This document shows positions 18,083-26,820 of a stretch of 64,000 nt of DNA, in pieces. The notes beneath the pieces are model-generated. The model made no database searches. It was not told the origin of the DNA and saw nothing but the letters and a program-made list of their open reading frames with translations. Each line of letters begins with the position of its first letter. The stretch's first letter is position 1. This DNA is from a virus (lineage: Duplodnaviria > Caudoviricetes): positions 1 through 64,000 of IMG/VR virus record IMGVR_UViG_3300030376_007431; one strand, written 5' to 3'. The translations under genes were made by a program, and so were the position numbers.

Positions 18083-18533
18083 TGAAGCCGTTGTTAATAT
18101 TGATTATAAGAAAATTATGGATAAGGTTTGCTCTAAGTACAACCGTTTTGTAGACGCTGATGATTTGTCGTCTATGAGAATGGTTACTTTGTGGCAGTGT
18201 CTTAATAAGTTTGATCCGAGTAGGAATGTTAAATTCACATCTTACTTGTATCAGCAACTGACATTTGCCATCAAAAACTTTCTGAAAAAGAAAAAAAGAG
18301 AGTTCACTAATATCCCATTTGATGTAGCAAAAGAATCCATGGAAAACATGGAGGTTGTAATGCTAGATTTCCCAGATGAATATAAAAAGCTTTTGAGGCA
18401 GAAATATATTTATCGAATGACCATGAGTGAGATTGGTCAGATAAACGGATACAGCAGAGAAACAGCACGTCGTAGGTTCAACAAGGCTAAAGTCTACTAT
18501 GAGGAAATGAATGAGAGTAGAGCTACTCTGTAA
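18066..18533 (+). CDS. Phage sigma-70-family RNA polymerase sigma factor (copy 1)
   Basis: Region-2-like DDLSS...LWQCLNKFDPSRNVKFTSYLY; region-4 HTH MTMSEIGQINGYSRETARRRFNKA. Confidence 0.8.
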   Translation: MNRNIDEAVVNIDYKKIMDKVCSKYNRFVDADDLSSMRMVTLWQCLNKFDPSRNVKFTSYLYQQLTFAIKNFLKKKKREFTNIPFDVAKESMENMEVVMLDFPDEYKKLLRQKYIYRMTMSEIGQINGYSRETARRRFNKAKVYYEEMNESRATL

Positions 18534-19152
18534 TGAGTCTAAATACCCAGAGATATTGCAGTGTATATTTGAGGCATCTGAAAAGAGGTTAGATCAAATA
18601 TGCACTCCTTCTGGGATTATACCTAGAATAGATGAAGTTTTTATACGGGAACATTGCAACTTCTCAGCACTGGTAGATTTTCCGTATGGAATATCCGAGA
18701 CTAGGATTAGAGTCCATGAGATATTACTATGCTCCAAAAGAGGCGTGAAGGATATTGATCTTGTTATAAACAGAAATGATATAGAGTCGTCTAACCTAAA
18801 CTCAATAAGAAAAGATTTTAGAACCTGCTTCTCTGCCTGTAAGGAGAATGGCCTTAACATAAGACCTATCATAGAATACAGATTCACTGATGATGAATTC
18901 CTTTATGAGCTTTGTAGCTCTTTAAAATACAACGGCGCGGTAGAGATCGTAATTGGTACTGGATCTATGGTTGATGATATACTAGATAACATAATTTCTT
19001 CAAAGCTAATAGAAGATAAGTTAAACCTTGATGTTGTTAGTTGCTCACCAATACTTTCTCAAGAGCATTATGACATATTTTATGATTCAAATATTCATGG
19101 AATTAGATTAAAGTCTTATAAAATACTAGATAATTTGTGTACAATATGGTAG
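18511..19152 (+). CDS. DeoC (deoxyribose-phosphate aldolase)-like TIM barrel lacking the catalytic lysines
   Basis: LVDFPYG, GVKDIDLVIN and RPIIE align to DeoC; KTSTG is replaced by VIGTG. Confidence 0.65.
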   Translation: MRVELLCNESKYPEILQCIFEASEKRLDQICTPSGIIPRIDEVFIREHCNFSALVDFPYGISETRIRVHEILLCSKRGVKDIDLVINRNDIESSNLNSIRKDFRTCFSACKENGLNIRPIIEYRFTDDEFLYELCSSLKYNGAVEIVIGTGSMVDDILDNIISSKLIEDKLNLDVVSCSPILSQEHYDIFYDSNIHGIRLKSYKILDNLCTIW

Positions 19153-19219
19153 GAACAGGACACTCTTATGGATAATTGAGGATTTATATATCTTTATTTT
19201 TGCATAGGAGTCATATATC

Positions 19220-20011
19220 ATGGCAGTTCCCGGCGCTTTAACAAATTATTCCGTATCTACTACGAATAACGGAAATCCCTCCACCAACAAAGAAGGTGGA
19301 ACAATCTTAGGTAATGATAACACTGGTGACGTTATCACTAAAGCTTTTGAATTAATCACCGCAACAAAAGATAACTACAATGCTATTGGCACAGGGCCTA
19401 TCACAGGCAATGGTACTAACGCTATGGTTGGTGCTCAAAAAGTTCTTGCCGCTGGTACGTTCGCTTATCACGTAGCAGGCGAGTATGTTATCGCTAGAGC
19501 TTCAGCTACTCTATCTGGTGTAGCAAAAACTCAGCTCTTGACTATGGGCGCTGGCGATCAGCGACCATCTATTGCTCAGTTCTATCGTCAGATTGGAGCT
19601 AAGATACTCACAGCCTTCCGTTCTAATAGATTTAGCTGGACTAGTACTAAGTCTTACGGTACTGCTGGAGCTGCCCTCACAAGCAGACTCAACTGGGTCG
19701 CAGCTACAACCGCAGGTGGTAATGCTGCTGCTGCTCCAGACACTCTCTCTGGTCAGCAGTTGCGCGCTATTGGTGGAGCAACTAGAAACGGTACTGCCGC
19801 AGATGCAGACTACACTGACGCAGCCGCAAATGGTTACGTTGGAGCTGCAGATGTCGATTCTGGCAGTGGCCTTGCTCTTGCTGATACGGGACTTAGAAAA
19901 GTTCCGGGTCGCTTGGTAATCAAGTCTAACTTCGTTAACTTGAACCCTTGGACTTCAGTTAAGACTAGCGCTAGACCTGACTTCAACAACTACAAGCCAA
20001 TCACTGGTTAG
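19220..20011 (+). CDS. Ala/Gly/Thr-rich protein, probable virion component
   Basis: Composition and codon bias typical of highly expressed structural genes; ATAGGAG RBS; followed by a terminator. Confidence 0.5.
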   Translation: MAVPGALTNYSVSTTNNGNPSTNKEGGTILGNDNTGDVITKAFELITATKDNYNAIGTGPITGNGTNAMVGAQKVLAAGTFAYHVAGEYVIARASATLSGVAKTQLLTMGAGDQRPSIAQFYRQIGAKILTAFRSNRFSWTSTKSYGTAGAALTSRLNWVAATTAGGNAAAAPDTLSGQQLRAIGGATRNGTAADADYTDAAANGYVGAADVDSGSGLALADTGLRKVPGRLVIKSNFVNLNPWTSVKTSARPDFNNYKPITG

Positions 20012-20018
20012 TAATTTT

Positions 20019-20055
20019 AGAGGGGGGAGACATTCTCCCCCTTCTATTTTTTTTT
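20019..20055 (+). terminator. Intrinsic terminator
   Basis: AGAGGGGGGAGA-CAT-TCTCCCCCTTCT followed by A and a T-run. Confidence 0.85.
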
Positions 20056-20079
20056 AAATATAACACGGGGAGAACCCAG

Positions 20080-20361
20080 ATGGATTGGTCATCAATCAAC
20101 GATATAGCACAAATTGTGGGGATGGTAGCACTTCCAGTAATAGGATGGGTTTTTCACACAGTGGTGAAGCATGGGAGTAAGCTTGTGATGTTAGAAGAAA
20201 AAGTTAACGATTCTATTCAAAGAAGATTGGATTCTTTAGAAAATAAGGTTGACGGATTAGAGACTAAGATTGATAATAAGATAGACAAACTCGAAGATTC
20301 GCTTCATGAAACACAGCTTACTATGGCAGAAAAAATCATAGAGGCTATAAACAAAAATTAG
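20080..20361 (+). CDS. Single-TM coiled-coil membrane protein (XhlA/holin-like architecture)
   Basis: Hydrophobic IVGMVALPVIGWVF followed by heptad repeats. Confidence 0.55.
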   Translation: MDWSSINDIAQIVGMVALPVIGWVFHTVVKHGSKLVMLEEKVNDSIQRRLDSLENKVDGLETKIDNKIDKLEDSLHETQLTMAEKIIEAINKN

Positions 20362-20378
20362 GATATAAGGAGAGATAG

Positions 20379-20633
20379 ATGTTACTAAAAGATGTTATTG
20401 AAAAAGCAAGTTCCGCTAGTAGTGCTGAACAAAGTGGTTTATCTGGAGAAGATACTTTTAAAGCTTTGAAATATTTGAGCGAAAAAATTACGGTTGCACA
20501 TTACATTAATGTTAATGTCGATTTAGATGGGGCTCCTGAGCCTCCTGCACCCGCCCCAGAACCTGAGCCACCAGCAGAAGACGGAGCCTCGGAGGTTAAT
20601 GACGATGGAGGATCTGAATTTTTTAACGGATAA
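20379..20633 (+). CDS. Acidic Pro-rich hypothetical protein
   Basis: AAGGAG RBS; PEPPAPAPEPEPP tail. Confidence 0.6.
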   Translation: MLLKDVIEKASSASSAEQSGLSGEDTFKALKYLSEKITVAHYINVNVDLDGAPEPPAPAPEPEPPAEDGASEVNDDGGSEFFNG

Positions 20634-20657
20634 TCATTTTAATTATAAATTTTTATC

Positions 20658-20685
20658 TTGTAAATCAACATAACGACACTATAAT
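20658..20685 (+). promoter_or_regulatory. Sigma-70-like promoter upstream of the nrdA leader
   Basis: TTGTAA (20658-20663), 16-nt spacer, TATAAT (20680-20685). Confidence 0.55.
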
Positions 20686-20819
20686 AAAACCGGGGAGTAA
20701 ACAAGTCCAGCTTATATAAAGTGGGCTAAACGGCACTTTCCCCGACTAGCCGAAAGGCACAGTAGCTTATCAAGAATTACTTGTAGCGCTACTGTTTATT
20801 ATAAGTGTCGTTTTTTTTT
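20672..20819 (+). other. Structured intergenic element (candidate cis-regulatory RNA or sRNA) upstream of nrdA
   Basis: 17/18-nt inverted repeat (20672-20688 and 20795-20812) enclosing three hairpins, one with GCC-GAAA-GGC, then T9. Confidence 0.6.
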
Positions 20820-20846
20820 GTAAACAACTTTTGACGCAGTGAGATT

Positions 20847-23294
20847 ATGAGCCAGAATATAAAAATCAAAAAGAGAAATGGTCGGTTAGAAGAAGTAAAT
20901 TTAGACAAAGTAAATAAGTGCGTAGAAAGAGCTTGTGAGAACTTAGAGGACGTATCTGTTAGTGAAGTGGTATTGGATGCAAGTCTACAGCTCTACAATA
21001 AAATTCCGACATCTGAAATAAATCAGGCTCTTATACTGTCGGCAAGATCAAAGATAGAAAAAGAACCCAACTATGCCTATGTAGCAGCTCGAATGTTACT
21101 AAACAATCTTTACAAAGAAGTGTTTGGAGAAGATGTAGGCAGTGAAAGTTTTGAAGAGCAGTACAAAAAGGCTTTTGTTAAAAATATTAAAAGGTTAGTG
21201 AAAGAAGAGCGACTGAGTGATAGACTTCTAAGCTATGATCTAGAATACTTAGCCGATAAAATGGTTCCCTCTAGAGACAAATTATTCAAATATTTGGGGA
21301 TTCAAACACTGTATGATAGATATTTCATACACCTAAATGAACAGAGAATGGAAACTCCGCAGGCTTTTTATATGCGAGTAGCTATGGGTTTGTGTCTAGC
21401 CGAAGAAAATATGGAAGACAAAGCTCTTGAAATATATAATATGATGTCCGAATTCAGGTACTCGCCATCAACACCGACCCTATTTAATAGCGGCACTCGC
21501 AGGTCGCAACTTTCTTCCTGCTATTTAAGCACTGTCGGTGATTCGCTTGATGGAATCTTTGGTACTCTTCATGGCCAATCTAGGCTTTCTAAATATGCGG
21601 GAGGCCTTGGAGTGGACTGGTCTGGAGTAAGAGCTACAGGCGGTTATATAAAGGGCACAAACGGCAAATCTACAGGGCTTGTGCCTTGGCTTAAGATATT
21701 CAATGACCTGCTTGTTGCAGTTAATCAAGGAGGGAAGAGAAAAGGTGCTGGGTGTGCATATATTGAACCTTGGCATCTAGACATTGAGGATTTCTTAGAT
21801 CTCAGGAAAAACACTGGCGATGATCGTCGCAGATGTCACGATATGAACACAGCGCTATGGATTCCAGACGATTTTATGTTAGCTGTTTCAAAGAACCAAG
21901 ATTGGTATTTATTTGATCCTTCTGAATGCCCAGAGCTACATGATACATACGGTAAAGAATTTACTAAAATGTATAAGAAATACAAAAAGGCTGCTGACAA
22001 TGGAGAATTAAAAAATTATACAATCATCAATTCTAAAGATTTGTGGAAAAAGATTCTCACAGCCCTATATGAAACTGGGCATCCTTGGATTACATTCAAA
22101 GACCCATCTAATATAAGATATTCTAATAAGCATGAAGGGGTAGTGCATTCATCTAACCTATGTACAGAGATCTTATTACATACAAAACCCACCGAGTATG
22201 ATGAAGGTGAGATTATCGAGGTTGGAGAGACTGCGGTGTGTAATTTAGCGAGTGTCAACTTGTCTTCACACCTTAAAGTCCGCACCATAGATTGGAAAAA
22301 GCTACAAAAAACTGTAGAGGTTGCCGTGAGAGGCTTGGATAATGTAATAAATTTAAATTTTTATCCAACTAAAGAGGCAAAGAAGGCAAACCTAAAACAT
22401 AGACCTGTTGGTCTTGGAATTATGGGCACTCATGATGTGCTACATAGACTAGGAATACCTTACAATTCTCAGGATGCAGTGGTATTGTGCGGGAAAATAC
22501 AAGAGTTTATCTCCCTGCATGCAATCAAAACTTCAGCATTATTAGCTAAAGAAAAGGGAGAATACCCCTCTTTTGAGGGTTCTCTTTGGAGTCAGGACAA
22601 ATTTCCAATAGATACTTATTGTGATTTGATGAATCAGAGACATACTCATAAGCCAGAAAATGTGTATAAGAGAGTGGACTTTGAGAGCTTTGAAGAAGAG
22701 TGGGATGAGGTTAGGGAATTAGTAAGAAGACATGGTATGCGTAATAGTAATGTCATGGCGATTGCTCCTACCGCAACTATTTCATATATTCAAGGCTGTT
22801 CGCAGTCTATTGAACCAGATTACTCAATTCTTTATGTTTATTCAACACTCAGTGGTGAGTTCACAATGGTCAACGAGCATTTTGTCTCAATGGCAAAGAA
22901 GAAAGGTATTTGGTGTCAAGAGTTAGTGGACGCTCTTAAAACTGCTGACGGAGACGTTATGGCAGTTGATTTAGATGAGGATATTCAAAGAGAGTTTATG
23001 ACGGCTTTTGATATTGAACCAGAAATTTTAATTAAGGCTGCGGCTGAAAGGCAGAAGTGGATTGACATGGGACAGTCACTGAACCTTTATAACAAACACG
23101 ACAGTCTTAAATTTTTAAATGACCTATATTTTTGTGCTTGGGAAAACGGTTTAAAAACTACATATTACCTAAGAGGCAAAGCCGCAACTCGGCTAGAAAA
23201 ATCAACTGTTAGTTTTAAATCAACCGAAGAACCGACAACAGAAGAAATTAAGGCCTGTTCTATTTTAGATCCCGGATGTGAGAGTTGTCAATGA
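20847..23294 (+). CDS. nrdA: Class I ribonucleotide reductase alpha subunit with N-terminal ATP cone
   Basis: IKKRNG ATP cone, PSTPTLFN, LSSCY, SNLCTEI, VCNLASVN, APTATIS, LKTTYYLR, C-terminal CESCQ. Confidence 0.97.
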   Translation: MSQNIKIKKRNGRLEEVNLDKVNKCVERACENLEDVSVSEVVLDASLQLYNKIPTSEINQALILSARSKIEKEPNYAYVAARMLLNNLYKEVFGEDVGSESFEEQYKKAFVKNIKRLVKEERLSDRLLSYDLEYLADKMVPSRDKLFKYLGIQTLYDRYFIHLNEQRMETPQAFYMRVAMGLCLAEENMEDKALEIYNMMSEFRYSPSTPTLFNSGTRRSQLSSCYLSTVGDSLDGIFGTLHGQSRLSKYAGGLGVDWSGVRATGGYIKGTNGKSTGLVPWLKIFNDLLVAVNQGGKRKGAGCAYIEPWHLDIEDFLDLRKNTGDDRRRCHDMNTALWIPDDFMLAVSKNQDWYLFDPSECPELHDTYGKEFTKMYKKYKKAADNGELKNYTIINSKDLWKKILTALYETGHPWITFKDPSNIRYSNKHEGVVHSSNLCTEILLHTKPTEYDEGEIIEVGETAVCNLASVNLSSHLKVRTIDWKKLQKTVEVAVRGLDNVINLNFYPTKEAKKANLKHRPVGLGIMGTHDVLHRLGIPYNSQDAVVLCGKIQEFISLHAIKTSALLAKEKGEYPSFEGSLWSQDKFPIDTYCDLMNQRHTHKPENVYKRVDFESFEEEWDEVRELVRRHGMRNSNVMAIAPTATISYIQGCSQSIEPDYSILYVYSTLSGEFTMVNEHFVSMAKKKGIWCQELVDALKTADGDVMAVDLDEDIQREFMTAFDIEPEILIKAAAERQKWIDMGQSLNLYNKHDSLKFLNDLYFCAWENGLKTTYYLRGKAATRLEKSTVSFKSTEEPTTEEIKACSILDPGCESCQ

Positions 23295-23428
23295 GATTTG
23301 TTGAGTTTAAACAGTCTGGAACATCGCCAGTAAAATATAGACTAGAAATTAATTCAGAAGAAGCCGAAAAAGTTAAGGACTTATTGCAGGAAATTATTGA
23401 GAGATTAAGTAAAAATGAAAAAAACTAA
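23291..23428 (+). CDS. 45-aa hypothetical protein between nrdA and nrdB (not in ORF track)
   Basis: ATGA overlap with the nrdA stop; MRFVEFKQSGTSPVKYRLEINSEEAEKVKDLLQEIIERLSKNEKN*. Confidence 0.55.
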   Translation: MRFVEFKQSGTSPVKYRLEINSEEAEKVKDLLQEIIERLSKNEKN

Positions 23429-24422
23429 GCAGATTATATCAGATAAAGTAGCGAGTGTAAATCAAATTCTTCCTCATGTAAATAAATGGGCTTGGGATTT
23501 ATTCATAGATGGTGCGGCTAATAACTGGATGCCAACCGAAATTTCTATGGCTAAGGATATAGAGCAGTGGAAATCCAACTCATTATCCGAAGATGAGAGA
23601 TTGGTAGTAAAGAGATGTCTAGGATTCTTTGCTGGCTCAGAGTCTTTGGTCGCCAATAACTTACTGCTTAGCGTGTTTAAGTTTGTAACAGATCCAGAAT
23701 GTCGCCAGTATATTCTACGTCAAGCATATGAAGAAAGCCTGCACAACTTAACGGTGGTATATATTTGCGACTCACTGAGTCTAGATATCGACGAAGTATA
23801 TCAAGCATATAATTCAGTCCCTAGCATTAAAGCTAAAGACGAGTTCTTGATGAATATTACTAGTGATATAAATCGTCCTGACTTCAACATAAACACATTG
23901 GAAGGCAAGAGAGAGTTTCTTCGTAATATCATAACATATTATATTATATGCGAGGGGATATTCTTCTTCTCTGGTTTTGCTATGCTATTATCCTTTAATA
24001 GGCAGAACAAGCTTCCGGGAATTGGTGAACAAATCCAATACACTCTTCGTGATGAGAGTATACATATTGATTTTGGGACTACACTTATCAATAGATTAAG
24101 AGAAGATAACCCTAAAATTTGGACAAAAGCTATGGAAAAAGAAACCATTGAGCATATTGATACAGCTATGGAGCTTGAATTAGCTTACGCTAGAGATGTG
24201 TTGCCGAATGGTATTCTAGGATTGAACGCAGATATGTTTATTGACTATGTTCAATTTATTGCGAACAGAAGGCTTACTAACTTAGGTCTGCCATCACCAT
24301 ATACGAATGCACAGAATCCATTCCCTTGGATGAGTGAAATAATAGATTTAGAGAAGTGTAAAAACTTTTTTGAGACGAGAGTTACAGAGTATTCAGTGGG
24401 TAATTTAGTGGACGATTTTTAA
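23415..24422 (+). CDS. nrdB: Ribonucleotide reductase beta subunit, class Ic (R2c)-type signature
   Basis: NNWMPTEI, FFAGSESLV (Glu ligand), EESLHNLTV (Val at the radical-Tyr site), EGIFFFSGF, RDESIH, NFFETRVTEY. Confidence 0.95.
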   Translation: MKKTKQIISDKVASVNQILPHVNKWAWDLFIDGAANNWMPTEISMAKDIEQWKSNSLSEDERLVVKRCLGFFAGSESLVANNLLLSVFKFVTDPECRQYILRQAYEESLHNLTVVYICDSLSLDIDEVYQAYNSVPSIKAKDEFLMNITSDINRPDFNINTLEGKREFLRNIITYYIICEGIFFFSGFAMLLSFNRQNKLPGIGEQIQYTLRDESIHIDFGTTLINRLREDNPKIWTKAMEKETIEHIDTAMELELAYARDVLPNGILGLNADMFIDYVQFIANRRLTNLGLPSPYTNAQNPFPWMSEIIDLEKCKNFFETRVTEYSVGNLVDDF

Positions 24423-24436
24423 TAAGGTTTTAAAAA

Positions 24437-25552
24437 ATGGCTAACAGAATATTTTATGCGTGTCAGGGTGTCTTTGTAGATGGCTCTGAGTTGAAAAACG
24501 TGCAGAGCGTTGGTGTAAATTATTCTGCTGAAGCTGAAGGAGTGTCTGATCAAGGCAGACAACAACAGTTTAGAAGTCTTTACGCAAAGCCTGAAGTTGA
24601 GATAACTATAGAAAGAAATCTAAATCATGGTTTCACTCCATTCTATGCCGCTACAACTCCTTCTACATATGTAGGCGGCTTTTTACTTGCCGATGGTAAT
24701 TTGGGGATGTGCGGCTGGGACGGTAGCTCGAATTTAAAAGAATACAAAGTCGAGCTTGTGTATATGGACGATCAGAGCACAAGCACTAGGGTTGCTAATA
24801 TCCAATACAAATATTGTTTAATTACCAATATATCTTATTCTTTTCAGGTTGGCGGCCCAGCTACAGAGTCTATAACACTCAAAACAAATAATCTAATCAG
24901 AGAGGGAACCGCGACAGTTCCGGTTACTGGAGGTACTGACGGTGGCACAAATATAAAAAGACAAGCTTATATTAAACCGGAAGGCGCAGGTACTAATTCT
25001 ACAGTTATTCCCACAGAGCTATCAAGTATAATCACTAAGGATACAGGTATTGGTAGCCATAACGGTCTTATTCAATCCATTGAGGCAAGCATGGATGTCT
25101 CTTATGAAGAGCTTTCAGATCAAGGAAACTGGAGAGGTGCTAATCAAACAACAAACCCCTCAGAGCAGAACAAATGGAAATATGTCACCGATGTGGATAT
25201 AGAGACCTCAATAACTGCCAATTTGACAAAATCAATTCAACAAGATATTTTAATGAAAGACACAAACTTTATGGCTGCATTTCCAAAGCCAGATAGAGAG
25301 ATTAAGCTGGCCTTTACCAATGGCGCCAGTAATTTCTTTGTATTAGATCTTGGTAAAAGAAACTATTTAACAAGCATAAGCTGGTCTGGAGGCGATACAG
25401 GAGGTGGCAACGTAACTGGTGCTTTTACATATAAGAATGATATGAAAGAATTTGTTCCATATGTCCACAGCGCTGTGTATAATATAGCGGCGCCAACAAT
25501 AGCCGTCACTAACCCAGATGGCTCAGAAACAACATTTAATGTATATTATTAA
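24437..25552 (+). CDS. Putative virion protein, tail-tube-like
   Basis: MANRIFYACQ...VQSVGVN...PEVEITIER; beta-rich, Gly/Thr-rich; resembles tail tube proteins of large environmental phages (recollection). Confidence 0.45.
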   Translation: MANRIFYACQGVFVDGSELKNVQSVGVNYSAEAEGVSDQGRQQQFRSLYAKPEVEITIERNLNHGFTPFYAATTPSTYVGGFLLADGNLGMCGWDGSSNLKEYKVELVYMDDQSTSTRVANIQYKYCLITNISYSFQVGGPATESITLKTNNLIREGTATVPVTGGTDGGTNIKRQAYIKPEGAGTNSTVIPTELSSIITKDTGIGSHNGLIQSIEASMDVSYEELSDQGNWRGANQTTNPSEQNKWKYVTDVDIETSITANLTKSIQQDILMKDTNFMAAFPKPDREIKLAFTNGASNFFVLDLGKRNYLTSISWSGGDTGGGNVTGAFTYKNDMKEFVPYVHSAVYNIAAPTIAVTNPDGSETTFNVYY

Positions 25553-25566
25553 TAAAGGAGAAAACC

Positions 25567-26820
25567 GTGTTAGACTTTATTTTTGATCGCAGGAACTTTT
25601 TAAGAGTAGGAAGTATTGGTGCTGGACTCAGTGCAGTAGGGTTATCTGACTATGCTTTGGCTCAGGAAACTCTGTCACACGAAGATAAAGCTGTTGTTTG
25701 GGTATGGCTTGGAGGAGGGCCAACTCAATTTGAGACATTTCATGCTCCTAATGACACGGTTCCAACTGAATGGCAGCCAATCAATGGCGCGATTCATGAT
25801 GCCAAAACTAATATTACGCTAGGAGCTGACTGGACTGAGTTAGCTAAACATACTAGCAAGATGAACGTAATCAATTCATTTAGCCATAGGGATTCTTCTC
25901 ATCGCCAAGGTACTCACTTCATGATGACTGGACACTATAATCCAGAGAGAACAACTACATCCATAACGAAGTACCCATCTTTTGGTTCTATAATCTCTGC
26001 CGTTTACGGGGCTAATCATCCTCAAAATGGAGTACCCACATATGTTAAACAAGGTAAAATCGAAGGTGATGAAGGTGCTTGGTTGGGCGGAGCATATAAA
26101 CCTTTCGATCCATCCAATAAAGACAACCTTACCCCAAGAGTTGAACTTAATAGATTCTCAACAAGAAAAGAATTGCTCAGAGGACTCGACGCCGCCAGAG
26201 TAGCTGGACAAAGCGCAGACTCTGTGGACTTTTATAAGGGTCAGGCATATGATGTAATTCTAGGCTCAGCCAAAGATGCTTTTTCTACAGATAAAGAAAC
26301 AGAAGCAACAAAAAAACTATACGGATCAGAGAAAGCCAACGATATCGGTGAACAATTAATGCTAGCTCGACGACTAGTAGAACATGGAACAAAATTTATA
26401 ACTTTACATTACGGTGGCTGGGATATGCACTCTAATATTTCTAACGCTTTGAAAGGCAAGGTTCCACCTATTGACAAGGCTCTAGCTGGATTTATGCAAG
26501 ATGTGTCTGATAAGGGTTTAAGTGATAAAGTATTATTAGTGGTCACTGGTGAATTTGGCAGAACTAAGATCAACGCCAATGCTGGTCGTGACCATTGGCC
26601 ATCAATCACACCAATGTTTATGTTTGGTGGGGATTACCAATCAGGCAGAACTATTGGAGAATCAGACAGATCATATAGTCCAATAGAGAACCCAGTTGGG
26701 CCATTGGATTTACAAGCAACACTATTTAATCATTTCGGAATAGATAAAGGCATTCAGCGTGTAGATAACGGCGGAAGGCCTAGATATTTACTGGAAGGCG
26801 AAGCAAAGGTAATATTATAA
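25567..26820 (+). CDS. DUF1501-family protein with Tat signal (copy 1)
   Basis: RRNFL...ALA signal; WLGGGPTQFETF, SHRQGTHFMMTG, LMLARRLVE, GGWDMH, GEFGRT, GRDHWP. Confidence 0.9.
   Translation: MLDFIFDRRNFLRVGSIGAGLSAVGLSDYALAQETLSHEDKAVVWVWLGGGPTQFETFHAPNDTVPTEWQPINGAIHDAKTNITLGADWTELAKHTSKMNVINSFSHRDSSHRQGTHFMMTGHYNPERTTTSITKYPSFGSIISAVYGANHPQNGVPTYVKQGKIEGDEGAWLGGAYKPFDPSNKDNLTPRVELNRFSTRKELLRGLDAARVAGQSADSVDFYKGQAYDVILGSAKDAFSTDKETEATKKLYGSEKANDIGEQLMLARRLVEHGTKFITLHYGGWDMHSNISNALKGKVPPIDKALAGFMQDVSDKGLSDKVLLVVTGEFGRTKINANAGRDHWPSITPMFMFGGDYQSGRTIGESDRSYSPIENPVGPLDLQATLFNHFGIDKGIQRVDNGGRPRYLLEGEAKVIL

Noticed and set aside
20689-20750. Purine/2'-dG or cobalamin riboswitch, or NrdR boxes, in the nrdA leader
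   Set aside because: CCGACTA and TAAA fragments are present, but the purine-riboswitch junction order and cobalamin core motifs are not; only half of an NrdR palindrome matches. Kept as an unclassified element.
17393-25485. Recurrent GTGTATAA or GTGTA(T/C)A upstream of some genes (8877, 17395, 19137, 25474) as a phage late promoter
   Set aside because: It also occurs inside coding regions (e.g. about 22663), and a few copies are expected by chance in AT-rich DNA. It needs genome-wide statistics.
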